Positions 9,112 to 16,999 of a DNA stretch of 46,059 nt are shown here, in pieces. How positions within the stretch are numbered: position 1 is the first letter of the stretch; every line of letters starts with the position of its first letter. The stretch covers positions 1 through 46,059 of the IMG/VR virus record IMGVR_UViG_3300005323_000061; one strand, 5' to 3'. This stretch comes from a virus. Its lineage: Duplodnaviria > Caudoviricetes. The translations under genes and the position numbers were made by a program. A model generated the notes under the pieces. That model was given only the letters and a program-made list of their open reading frames with translations. It made no database searches and was not told the origin of the DNA.

Positions 9112-9502
9112 GATTTCCTAAAAAATAAAATTTTTGTATAGGCAACTAGGCTATACTCCGAGTTGGTTTTGGAGATGTGAAACTTGAGTGTACATAGTTG
9201 TACATTGGTGTATAAGTGTATACATTGGGCTATATATAGTATATAAGTGGGCATCGTTGTATAAGTGTGTCCACTATTGTATGTATGTGTGCATGTACGT
9301 ACCCCCCGCATACATTAGTGTATGTATGTGTTCATTGATGTATGATTACGCATAGAGTATTACCGGTACGCATATTTTGGCCTAAATGTTAATGTAATGT
9401 GTTTAACTGTTAATGTAAAAGGATTGACAGTATTTTATATCATATTATCACCAATAATATTGTATGAAGGCTCAGGATAAGCCTTCGAAGGAAGTAGTCA
9501 AA

Positions 9503-10039
9503 ATGGCAACTCAGGAAAAAGTTGAGGTCCCCCCAGCACAGGAACTCGTAGGTATCACCACCGCACTCACTGGTATTGAGTCGGTAAAAGCACGGCTTGA
9601 GGGCGCTATCAAGGCATCCACTGCGACTGACGCACAACTGACTAAGTTCAGGGCAGAACTCAATGCTATGCCCTCCGGGCTGATGAAAAGCCACATTGTA
9701 GCCCATCAGGCTGAACTTGAGGCTGAAATCGCTGATGCCTCCCGCAAAGCGGTAAATGATGCCGTTAAGGAGGTATTCATGCACATGTCCACCGTGAACA
9801 CTCTCGCCGGTCAGATCAAAGGAAAGTACGGGAAACCGGAAGTCACTGTCAAGAGGAATGACAAGGGCAACTACGGTAACATTACGGACGGCAACAAGGC
9901 TTCTCTTGAGGCAGAACTGAGAGCACGTGGATTCAATCCGGTATTCGCAATGCTTGATGATGGTATCCACTACAGTGTGTCTGACGGTACAAGGCACTCG
10001 AAGTACACGTCTAATGTACTAAGGGATTGGTACCACTAA
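9503..10039 (+). CDS. Hypothetical coiled-coil protein, first gene of the rightward early region
   Basis: Long open frame, TATA-like TTTTATAT upstream, T-rich tracts downstream. Confidence 0.75.
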   Translation: MATQEKVEVPPAQELVGITTALTGIESVKARLEGAIKASTATDAQLTKFRAELNAMPSGLMKSHIVAHQAELEAEIADASRKAVNDAVKEVFMHMSTVNTLAGQIKGKYGKPEVTVKRNDKGNYGNITDGNKASLEAELRARGFNPVFAMLDDGIHYSVSDGTRHSKYTSNVLRDWYH

Positions 10040-10191
10040 GGTACTCTCTTTTTGCACGCTCTCTTAAGTCTCTTTTTTTGTACTCTATATTACTATGATA
10101 GGATAGTATACGGTTCGTTCCGCATATAGGGCTTTAAGGTAAGAATCATTCACTTAGAAAATGATGAGTTTAAAAAGGTTGTGGTTACAAT

Positions 10192-10392
10192 ATGCCTGAA
10201 ATCCGCACTAATAAGAAGTTTGATGCAGGGGATATCATAGTGATTAATAGAGTAATCTACTTTGTTACATCATGTAACCTGATCACTAATCCTTTCAAAG
10301 AGGAAATCCCCGCTAAACTTGAAAGAGGTAAAGAAACTGTTGTATATGGGAAATACCTTGTATGTACTATGCCTCTTAAAGTTGTGGAGTGA
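10192..10392 (+). CDS. Hypothetical protein
   Basis: ATG ORF in the plus-strand gene series. Confidence 0.55.
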   Translation: MPEIRTNKKFDAGDIIVINRVIYFVTSCNLITNPFKEEIPAKLERGKETVVYGKYLVCTMPLKVVE

Positions 10393-10911
10393 GAAATAAT
10401 GAACTGCTGGTTTGGTCCCACATTTGTTGAAGTATACTCTTGCAGTAAGAGATATACTATAAGAAATGAGGGGTTAATTCCGCGCTGTAATCTTTGGTAT
10501 TATGTAACGATGAGGTGAAATGATGCCGACTAGAACAGATATGGTCTCTAAAAGCCGTTGGGCTAATAACAAAATGAAAGAAGCGGTGGATAAAGGGAAC
10601 TTAAGAGAGGCACAGAAATACTCTGAAATAAGTTCCGCATATAACATTGCAGCAACAAAGTATTGTAAGTGAGGTGAAAAATGGTAACAAAAGAGCAATT
10701 CTTAAGTCTGTTCTTTGAGGGTGGTTATCGATCAATTGGTGAGAGAGACCCTCAAAGGAGAGTAAAAAACTATCTCTTATGATGAGGTTATTCAACTATT
10801 GGATAATCTACAACTAAAATATACTGTAGTTCCGCATCCACATATGAACGATGGATGTATTGTAGTGATGACTGATCCGCAACCAACTGTATTGTACTAT
10901 GAGGGATGATT

Positions 10912-11079
10912 ATGAAACTCCAACAAATCCTTAAAGCGTTACAATCTAACTGTAACCGCCGCAAGAGTTGTGTTGGTTGTGATATTGGTACAAGGCCGAT
11001 TCCCGGAACCTTGGGTAAAGGGAGATGTTTACTCTTAGAACTCCGCAATGAAATCAAACAACAAAAGTTGGTGGAATGA
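10912..11079 (+). CDS. Small Cys-containing hypothetical protein (55 aa)
   Basis: MKLQQ...CVGC...C; its stop overlaps the next ATG. Confidence 0.55.
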   Translation: MKLQQILKALQSNCNRRKSCVGCDIGTRPIPGTLGKGRCLLLELRNEIKQQKLVE

Positions 11080-11246
11080 TGGAGTTGTTGATAGAATGGT
11101 TTCTTGATGAGGATTTTGACCTCAATGGATGGGGTGACCTTTCGTTTTGGGGGTGTTGCGGGGGATATAATGGGTTTTTAAGTTTGGGATCTTCATTTAA
11201 ATGGAATTTCCGAAGAGGTTGTGATTATGGTTCCGCCATTACCTAA
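11079..11246 (+). CDS. W...GxDY micro-protein
   Basis: MELLIEW...RRGCDYGSAIT (hand-translated, 55 aa). Confidence 0.7.
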   Translation: MELLIEWFLDEDFDLNGWGDLSFWGCCGGYNGFLSLGSSFKWNFRRGCDYGSAIT

Positions 11247-11406
11247 AATACTTAGTTGGGAGTTTCGTGGATGCACACTACACGCTCAGTTAAATACAAG
11301 TCGGTCTTGTGCATTTACTACAGGAAGTGGTGGACTAAATAGGTTCTATAATTTCAGATACCACTTCAAGATAGGTGATGATTATGCAATGGCAACTCAA
11401 AACTAA
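11227..11406 (+). CDS. W...GxDY micro-protein
   Basis: ...ILSWEF...FKIGDDYAMATQN. Confidence 0.7.
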   Translation: MVPPLPKILSWEFRGCTLHAQLNTSRSCAFTTGSGGLNRFYNFRYHFKIGDDYAMATQN

Positions 11407-11548
11407 TACGCTTACTGGAAGAGATCCGGTAGAAAAGACCTGTTGTTGCGTGGTTCCGGGTGAGTATGGTACATACCCCTACAAATACTCAGGAGATAAT
11501 TTTATTAACAGGTTTGAGTTTGGTGAAGATTACCTCAAGCCGCAGTGA
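11384..11548 (+). CDS. W...GxDY micro-protein
   Basis: MQWQL...FEFGEDYLKPQ (hand-translated, 54 aa); GGTGA RBS. Confidence 0.72.
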   Translation: MQWQLKTNTLTGRDPVEKTCCCVVPGEYGTYPYKYSGDNFINRFEFGEDYLKPQ

Positions 11549-11577
11549 TTCCTTAACTGGATGAGCGAGGAGTTTAC

Positions 11578-11733
11578 ATGACTGCTTGGAGTGTTGATAT
11601 ATTGTGGGACTCGCAATTGCCCGTGATATTGGAATGTAAATCGAGGGCCAATTGCCCACTTGGTATAAACAATAAGTGGTGCTTGTTTGCTTCTAAGATT
11701 ACACCACTAATAAGAGGTGAGGATTATGGATGA
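11578..11733 (+). CDS. W...GxDY micro-protein
   Basis: MTAWSV...LIRGEDYG (hand-translated, 51 aa); GGAG RBS. Confidence 0.72.
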   Translation: MTAWSVDILWDSQLPVILECKSRANCPLGINNKWCLFASKITPLIRGEDYG

Positions 11734-12043
11734 CCAAGATGTAATTACACAGATGCTTGTTTCAGATGATGCGAAGTTCGACCGACAGATGGTTGTACTT
11801 AACCTTGAAGCAGGTAGACCAACGGCTTCCACAATAAAGAAGTTGTTGGTTGTTGAACCGACTGAACGAAAGAAAGTTACACCCGAACAGCAGGCTACAC
11901 TTGATGCCGCATGGAAGTTCCGCGTTGATTGTAAGCGCGCTTTAAACGACTGCGAAGATAATAGACAGATCACCGCATTAAAGAAAGCGTACTTGAAGTC
12001 AGTTGATGACTACAAAGCGTTATACGCTAAGATTTGTGGGTGA
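11726..12043 (+). CDS. Hypothetical protein
   Basis: GAGGTGA RBS before ATG 11726. Confidence 0.7.
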   Translation: MDDQDVITQMLVSDDAKFDRQMVVLNLEAGRPTASTIKKLLVVEPTERKKVTPEQQATLDAAWKFRVDCKRALNDCEDNRQITALKKAYLKSVDDYKALYAKICG

Positions 12044-12047
12044 GACT

Positions 12048-12455
12048 ATGATGTGTTCCGCAAGAATTACCCTTATTTGCGATGTCCCAAAAAACGTGCA
12101 AACTGAGATTACAAATGACTTTAAAAAAGCATTTGAGGGGATTGATATTGGGTGGTATGGGATCACCAACCAGATAATTATGGAAACGCTCTTTACAGGA
12201 AAGCAACTCAAACAATCAAAAGACAGGGGGGTTGATATCAATGTGCCGTATAACTACGATATGTTTGAACGCTTAAAACGCGCATCTAAAAAACATTTTG
12301 GTTCTATAAAAATAAAAGGCCCGGACCTGTCGTGGTGTTCGTCTAATTTTTATGATAGTTTTGATCGGTTATCACACCTAACTGATATTTTGTTTGCTGC
12401 AAGAAAGTTAGATAGATACGGGCATGTTGTAAAAATACAATATAAGTCTGGGTGA
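12048..12455 (+). CDS. Hypothetical protein
   Basis: GGTGA RBS before ATG 12048. Confidence 0.65.
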   Translation: MMCSARITLICDVPKNVQTEITNDFKKAFEGIDIGWYGITNQIIMETLFTGKQLKQSKDRGVDINVPYNYDMFERLKRASKKHFGSIKIKGPDLSWCSSNFYDSFDRLSHLTDILFAARKLDRYGHVVKIQYKSG

Positions 12456-12459
12456 AATC

Positions 12460-12978
12460 ATGCACCCAAATGTAAAGAGGTTACTAAAAGAACTCAAAAA
12501 ATCCCCCCAAACCGTAGAAGAACTTTCAAAAACACTCGGCGGATCTCCAAATGATATACTTATATGGGCAAAACTCGCAGAATCGGAGGGTTTTTTGGAT
12601 ATTAAAACCTACAAATCAAACCGGGTTGTTTATACCGAAGAGGGTAAACAATACTTAAAATCTGGACTTCCAGAAACGCAACTCCTTAATGCTATTATTG
12701 ATGAGACCACAATATCATCACTTAAATCTCACCCGATGTTCTCTAAAGGGTTTGGTGTTTTAAGGAAGATGGGGGCAATCAAAATTGAAGGCGAACGTGT
12801 AATAAAGATTCCGGGGGTTAATACGGAGGAAAAAGAGGCCATTTTCAGATCGTTTTTAATTCAACCACAACAAAAAGTTGTATTCAGTGGAGGAGTTGGA
12901 ACCCTTAAAGATAGGGAACTGTATCTTTCTGTACCGATAGATTTAAGTTATGATTATGAAACGCCGTATCATTGGTGA
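12460..12978 (+). CDS. Stand-alone N-terminal winged-helix region of archaeal phenylalanyl-tRNA synthetase alpha subunit (no catalytic domain)
   Basis: YTEEGKQYLKSGLPETQLL and GFGVLRKMGAIKI match the archaeal PheS N-terminus (LTEEG..Y...GLPE..L; G....K.GWI.I). Confidence 0.75.
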   Translation: MHPNVKRLLKELKKSPQTVEELSKTLGGSPNDILIWAKLAESEGFLDIKTYKSNRVVYTEEGKQYLKSGLPETQLLNAIIDETTISSLKSHPMFSKGFGVLRKMGAIKIEGERVIKIPGVNTEEKEAIFRSFLIQPQQKVVFSGGVGTLKDRELYLSVPIDLSYDYETPYHW

Positions 12979-12982
12979 AATC

Positions 12983-13273
12983 ATGTTAAAACAAATTTGC
13001 GCCTCAATAAGAGAGGTTAAATATACCAAAGAGGGTCTTGAACAGCGACAAAAAGACCTTGAAGCGGAACTTGAAGCCTCGCTTGAAATATCTTACCCCA
13101 CATACCGCATTCTTAAACAGATGCGGGTTAAACTTGAGAAGTACCGCAAAGATAGATGTGTTTTTAGTCACTATGATAATACACCTAGGGATTCAACTCG
13201 CCTTGAGATGATACGGCACTTTGACACTCTCATTGCGGAACACCGCCAAGAGATAATGAAAAACGAAACTTAA
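12983..13273 (+). CDS. Hypothetical coiled-coil protein
   Basis: GGTGA RBS before ATG 12983. Confidence 0.65.
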   Translation: MLKQICASIREVKYTKEGLEQRQKDLEAELEASLEISYPTYRILKQMRVKLEKYRKDRCVFSHYDNTPRDSTRLEMIRHFDTLIAEHRQEIMKNET

Positions 13274-13289
13274 ATTCACCACATTTTTA

Positions 13290-13360
13290 GCGCGTATATC
13301 CTAGTGGTAGGGAGCCGTTCTGATACAGCGATTGCACCAGTTCGATTCTGGTTACGCGCA
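13290..13360 (+). tRNA. tRNA-Ile (anticodon GAT)
   Basis: Acceptor GCGCGTA/TACGCGC, D arm TCCT-AGTGGTA-GGGA, anticodon loop CT-GAT-AC, T arm ACCAG-TTCGATT-CTGGT, discriminator A; no encoded CCA. Confidence 0.85.
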
Positions 13361-13370
13361 TGGAGTTATT

Positions 13371-13577
13371 ATGAAGTGGCTTATTGAAAGTGGAGAATAC
13401 CTTTCGTTTGAAAGAGTTCTTGGGGGAATACGACCCGCAGTTATATTAGGTAATAAAATACGCAGAGATAGTTGGTGTAAAGGCGGGAGTTGGAAAGGGA
13501 CAAACCTGATTATAGAGCCAAACAACAGCGGCGAATCAGACTGAAAATGGATAGTAATAGGTGATGATTATGAGTGA
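13371..13577 (+). pseudogene. W...GxDY micro-protein interrupted by an in-frame TGA at 13542-13544
   Basis: MKWLIES...GESD*KWIVIGDDYE*. Confidence 0.55.
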
Positions 13578-13797
13578 AAAATATAACGTCCCATGGTTAT
13601 TAGAGCCTTCAAACATTGAGAGAACCGAGTTTCACTTAATTGCGGATTATGCATATTATATTGACCGCTCATATGGTAAATTCCAAGTTAGGGAATGGGG
13701 GGCACTGCATTATACAATGCCGCGAGTGAATGGGCTTCCAGTAAGAGGAAATGATTATATACTTGATGACCGCGCCGCAGTATATAAACCTTTCTGA
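13570..13797 (+). CDS. W...GxDY micro-protein
   Basis: MSEKYNVPWLL...PVRGNDYIL... Confidence 0.7.
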   Translation: MSEKYNVPWLLEPSNIERTEFHLIADYAYYIDRSYGKFQVREWGALHYTMPRVNGLPVRGNDYILDDRAAVYKPF

Positions 13798-14144
13798 AAA
13801 ACGCATAGTACGATTAATATATTAATAAAAAGGTGACCACATGTTACATGTATTACACACAGAGAACCGACGTAATGTATACAATGTGTATGTACTACAC
13901 GCGATTTTAAGAAAGTCTCTGAAAAATATCATATCTAAATCTTTAATGAAAAAGTCATATCTAAAAAGCCATTCATTGTTTGTACTTATAAGTATATATA
14001 TTGAACGAAAGAGGGTAACAACACTATATAAAGGTATCTTTATGCAACTCAAATTTTTATTTTCCATTTTCTCAAAAGTATCTACACAATCTACACCACT
14101 TACACACGAACTCGTTGTTAATCACTCTATTTGAGGTTTTACCT

Positions 14145-14414
14145 ATGCCGTACTCTTCAATTCCGTATTTTCACACATGCACGCAACGTGTAAGTACTAC
14201 ACCTACCCGTTGTTCTTGGCAGATCAACGAGGGCAATCTAAATAGGATGGAACAAAATTACCCTTTTTTAATGCACTTAACTAAAGGGTATGTGTGGAGA
14301 ACCAAAATGGGAAGGGCCGCTCACACAGATACTTACAAAGATTTTTACTGTGAATATTGTAAAAATGGGTATCATATGGTTCCAGCAATAGGTGACGATT
14401 ATGAACGTGCTTAA
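14145..14414 (+). CDS. W...GxDY micro-protein
   Basis: ...CSWQI...PAIGDDYERA; GAGGT RBS. Confidence 0.65.
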   Translation: MPYSSIPYFHTCTQRVSTTPTRCSWQINEGNLNRMEQNYPFLMHLTKGYVWRTKMGRAAHTDTYKDFYCEYCKNGYHMVPAIGDDYERA

Positions 14415-14631
14415 GTGGCATTTAACTGACGGATATCGTTGTGGCCTGTATTTTGAGGTTAATAGCGTATCGGAAGGACTTATAATCCGCGATCTTGGTA
14501 AGGTTGGGACATTATGGAGATATAGACATTTCCCCGAATCGGACAGGAGAGAGTATAAATTCTTCTACTGTGAGCCGAGTGTAAAAGACGGATCAACCCC
14601 AGTACCGATGATAGGTGAAGATTATGGTTAA
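14401..14631 (+). CDS. W...GxDY micro-protein
   Basis: MNVLKWHL...PMIGEDYG. Confidence 0.75.
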   Translation: MNVLKWHLTDGYRCGLYFEVNSVSEGLIIRDLGKVGTLWRYRHFPESDRREYKFFYCEPSVKDGSTPVPMIGEDYG

Positions 14632-14809
14632 ATGGAGTGTTGGGGGGTATGGTACACCCTCTCTAAATGTTGACAAATCAGAAGTTATACTCATAGTACA
14701 CAGAGCAGGTCATTTAACAAGAGAAGGTGGAGAAGTAACTGAAAATATGCGTCCAGTTAAGTTCTACAATGAGTTAATCGTTAAAGGTGATGACTATGCA
14801 AATCCTTAA
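14624..14809 (+). CDS. W...GxDY micro-protein
   Basis: MVKWSV...IVKGDDYANP. Confidence 0.75.
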   Translation: MVKWSVGGYGTPSLNVDKSEVILIVHRAGHLTREGGEVTENMRPVKFYNELIVKGDDYANP

Positions 14810-14999
14810 ATGGATAGTAAGGCAGTCTAATAGACCTCTTGGAGTTGAAAGGCCGGGCCGCGCGGATTGTTTTTATGACCCGATGCACAGATCAACATTT
14901 AGCGAGCATATGCAATTAACTTCTCCGTGGGACGGTATATTTAACCTTGAAGCAAATAATCGTGGACAAATTGCGATTGGTGATGACTATGTACTGTGA
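14796..14999 (+). CDS. W...GxDY micro-protein
   Basis: MQILKWIV...IAIGDDYVL. Confidence 0.75.
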   Translation: MQILKWIVRQSNRPLGVERPGRADCFYDPMHRSTFSEHMQLTSPWDGIFNLEANNRGQIAIGDDYVL

Positions 15000-15129
15000 T
15001 AAAAACAAACGCAAGTGTACGTATCACTTCCTAACCTGTGAGTGTTTTGGGAAGAACGGGTGTTCCAGAGTTACTGATAATACAACTCATGACGATCCGA
15101 AGGTGTTCCACAAATGCGTCCAGTTATGA
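14989..15129 (+). CDS. Small Cys-rich protein
   Basis: MYCDKNKRKC...; GGTGA RBS. Confidence 0.5.
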   Translation: MYCDKNKRKCTYHFLTCECFGKNGCSRVTDNTTHDDPKVFHKCVQL

Positions 15130-15338
15130 AGTGGGTATATAAGGATTTCGCATTAAGAGTCAATCCAGAGGGGAATGCTGATGGAGGGAGAATTGTTGAT
15201 CTGACTTTTACTCATACAATGAACACAATTTATCTTTGGAATTACTTTCCACATCAGTTCCGCGCAAGATTGGTGCCCTTCTTTGTTAATCCTGATATAA
15301 TTCACATATATACAGGTGACGATTATGCAAGATTATAG
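15126..15338 (+). CDS. W...GxDY micro-protein
   Basis: MKWVY...IYTGDDYARL. Confidence 0.75.
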   Translation: MKWVYKDFALRVNPEGNADGGRIVDLTFTHTMNTIYLWNYFPHQFRARLVPFFVNPDIIHIYTGDDYARL

Positions 15339-15528
15339 TTGGGGGGTTTTATATGCTGATCCATATTATGATCTCATAACTAACGGGTATGTAGGTAAAG
15401 ATTGCCTAAAGATGTGGATTAATTCGAATAGTTATATCCTTGTAATTAATAGGTGGTTAGCAGGATATACTAAAAAATACGCCTTTGAAGTTGGTGAGGA
15501 TTATGCAATGGGCAATACGACACAATAG
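15325..15528 (+). CDS. W...GxDY micro-protein
   Basis: MQDYSWGV...FEVGEDYAMG... Confidence 0.72.
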   Translation: MQDYSWGVLYADPYYDLITNGYVGKDCLKMWINSNSYILVINRWLAGYTKKYAFEVGEDYAMGNTTQ

Positions 15529-15700
15529 ATTAATGACTATGAGGGCGTGGCCTTGGGGTAGTGATTTTAGTACTTTACTTTATATATGGGACAGATCATT
15601 ACGCAGAGTCTTTACTACAACTCCTAAAGTGGTTACTATATCTTCGGGTAAGTTAAAAAGAGGTTCAAACTACCAAAGAGCATCAGAGAATGTGAATTGA
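15503..15700 (+). CDS. W...GxNY micro-protein
   Basis: MQWAI...LKRGSNYQ... Confidence 0.7.
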   Translation: MQWAIRHNRLMTMRAWPWGSDFSTLLYIWDRSLRRVFTTTPKVVTISSGKLKRGSNYQRASENVN

Positions 15701-15748
15701 CGGTTCGCATCCGCCACTCTGAATCCGGCCAAACCGGAAGTGAAAAAC

Positions 15749-15943
15749 ATGAACATCCAATGGTATGTCTTTGAAGAGAGAGAAATGTGTCATTTGGGGT
15801 ACGATTATGGTATCCGTAAATCACACGTTTTACAACCAAGATCAAACAAAATCGGTGTTTTCTATAATTGGAAATGGAGTCAACACCCGTTTGTTTTGAG
15901 TGGTATGAACGACATTGCCATTGGAAAGGATTATTTAAGGTGA
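15749..15943 (+). CDS. W...GxDY micro-protein
   Basis: MNIQWYV...IAIGKDYLR. Confidence 0.72.
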   Translation: MNIQWYVFEEREMCHLGYDYGIRKSHVLQPRSNKIGVFYNWKWSQHPFVLSGMNDIAIGKDYLR

Positions 15944-15947
15944 AAAA

Positions 15948-16217
15948 ATGGTTGAAAAAAGATGTAAACACGAAATCCACGAGTCGATGAAAGGCAAACC
16001 GTTGGAGAAGTGGCACATTTACATCCATGAAGGTGAAGATATTCCAAACTCAAAGCAGAACGGAGACCTCATAATGGCGGTTTTCGATCAGTACGGAAAG
16101 AGTTGGGATGTACTTGCTGTTGGTGTAGATGGCAAACTCCACTTGTTCGTCGGTCTCCCGGACTGGATTGAAGGAGTCAAAGTAGACTCCAAAGGCCGCA
16201 TTGTTGTCGAAAGTTAA
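15948..16217 (+). CDS. Hypothetical beta-rich protein
   Basis: AGGTGA RBS; protein-like composition. Confidence 0.75.
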   Translation: MVEKRCKHEIHESMKGKPLEKWHIYIHEGEDIPNSKQNGDLIMAVFDQYGKSWDVLAVGVDGKLHLFVGLPDWIEGVKVDSKGRIVVES

Positions 16218-16227
16218 GGAAATTACT

Positions 16228-16428
16228 ATGTTTTGGTTTATTCGTGGTAACGATCTCTGCGTGCACTCACCAATCCCCGCGTTTGGGTATTGGATGGTGC
16301 TCCGTGGTTTACAATTCAATTACATCGAAAGGTGGGGTTGGGTTGATGATGCCCACAAAGACGCGGTTGTTGAACCACTACAAAGAGAACACCAAAACAA
16401 AGTAATATTCGGAAAAGATTATGGGTGA
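16228..16428 (+). CDS. W...GxDY micro-protein
   Basis: MFWFI...VIFGKDYG. Confidence 0.72.
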   Translation: MFWFIRGNDLCVHSPIPAFGYWMVLRGLQFNYIERWGWVDDAHKDAVVEPLQREHQNKVIFGKDYG

Positions 16429-16431
16429 GTT

Positions 16432-16593
16432 ATGGAGTGGAAGATTGCGAAAGCGCATTTAAGTTGTGATTTGGGATTGATCATATTCCCTACAAGTTCT
16501 AAACTTATTAAGACGAGAGGCGCTCGCATTCCACCACTTATAACTTCATCTCATGGCGAAATCAAAACTGGAGATGACTATGCATATCTTTGA
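16432..16593 (+). CDS. W...GxDY micro-protein
   Basis: MEWKI...EIKTGDDYAYL (hand-translated, 53 aa). Confidence 0.7.
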   Translation: MEWKIAKAHLSCDLGLIIFPTSSKLIKTRGARIPPLITSSHGEIKTGDDYAYL

Positions 16594-16786
16594 ATGGTTA
16601 CTTGAGTGCGGTACTAAGGACACGCTTCATTGCTACGATGTTGATGCAAGGTTTAGGTGGTCCGTGTTATACATACAGATGTCAAAATGCCTTAAACGCG
16701 ATCATGGCTTTGATGGTGATGCATCATTCAGTACGCGCAATGACAGGATAACCATTGGTAAAGATTATAGTCGGGAGAGACTATGA
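16580..16786 (+). CDS. W...GxDY micro-protein
   Basis: MHIFEWLL...ITIGKDYSRERL. Confidence 0.72.
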   Translation: MHIFEWLLECGTKDTLHCYDVDARFRWSVLYIQMSKCLKRDHGFDGDASFSTRNDRITIGKDYSRERL

Positions 16787-16998
16787 AGTTCGATGAATTA
16801 AAAGACTCAAAACAGAGAGATGGAGTAATCTGTATCTCTGACACTTGTATTGCGACAGGTACAGGTGATAACTTTGAAACGGCAGGAGAATTCTGTTCTG
16901 AGTGCGATTGCGGATTCACACCAGAACAGGTAACTAGAGAGAATCTTGAAGAGATTAACAACATCCGCATCAAATACGGTCAAAAGAAGGTTGAGTAA
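16783..16998 (+). CDS. Small Cys-containing hypothetical protein
   Basis: ATGA overlap with the upstream gene; GGGAG RBS. Confidence 0.65.
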   Translation: MKFDELKDSKQRDGVICISDTCIATGTGDNFETAGEFCSECDCGFTPEQVTRENLEEINNIRIKYGQKKVE

Positions 16999-16999
16999 C

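Noticed and set aside
13290-13360. tRNA as attP of an integrating provirus
   Set aside because: No tyrosine or serine recombinase is recognisable in the genome.
7660-13577. Genome-wide TGA recoding to explain the in-frame stops at 7873 and 13542
   Set aside because: TGA terminates many well-defined genes here (including major capsid and tail tube), and the 7873 stop is better explained by the intron.
13841-14134. ORF 13841-14134 and antisense 13822-14067 as proteins
   Set aside because: Low-complexity AT-rich sequence with unprotein-like composition; treated as probably non-coding, although a GGTGA precedes 13841.
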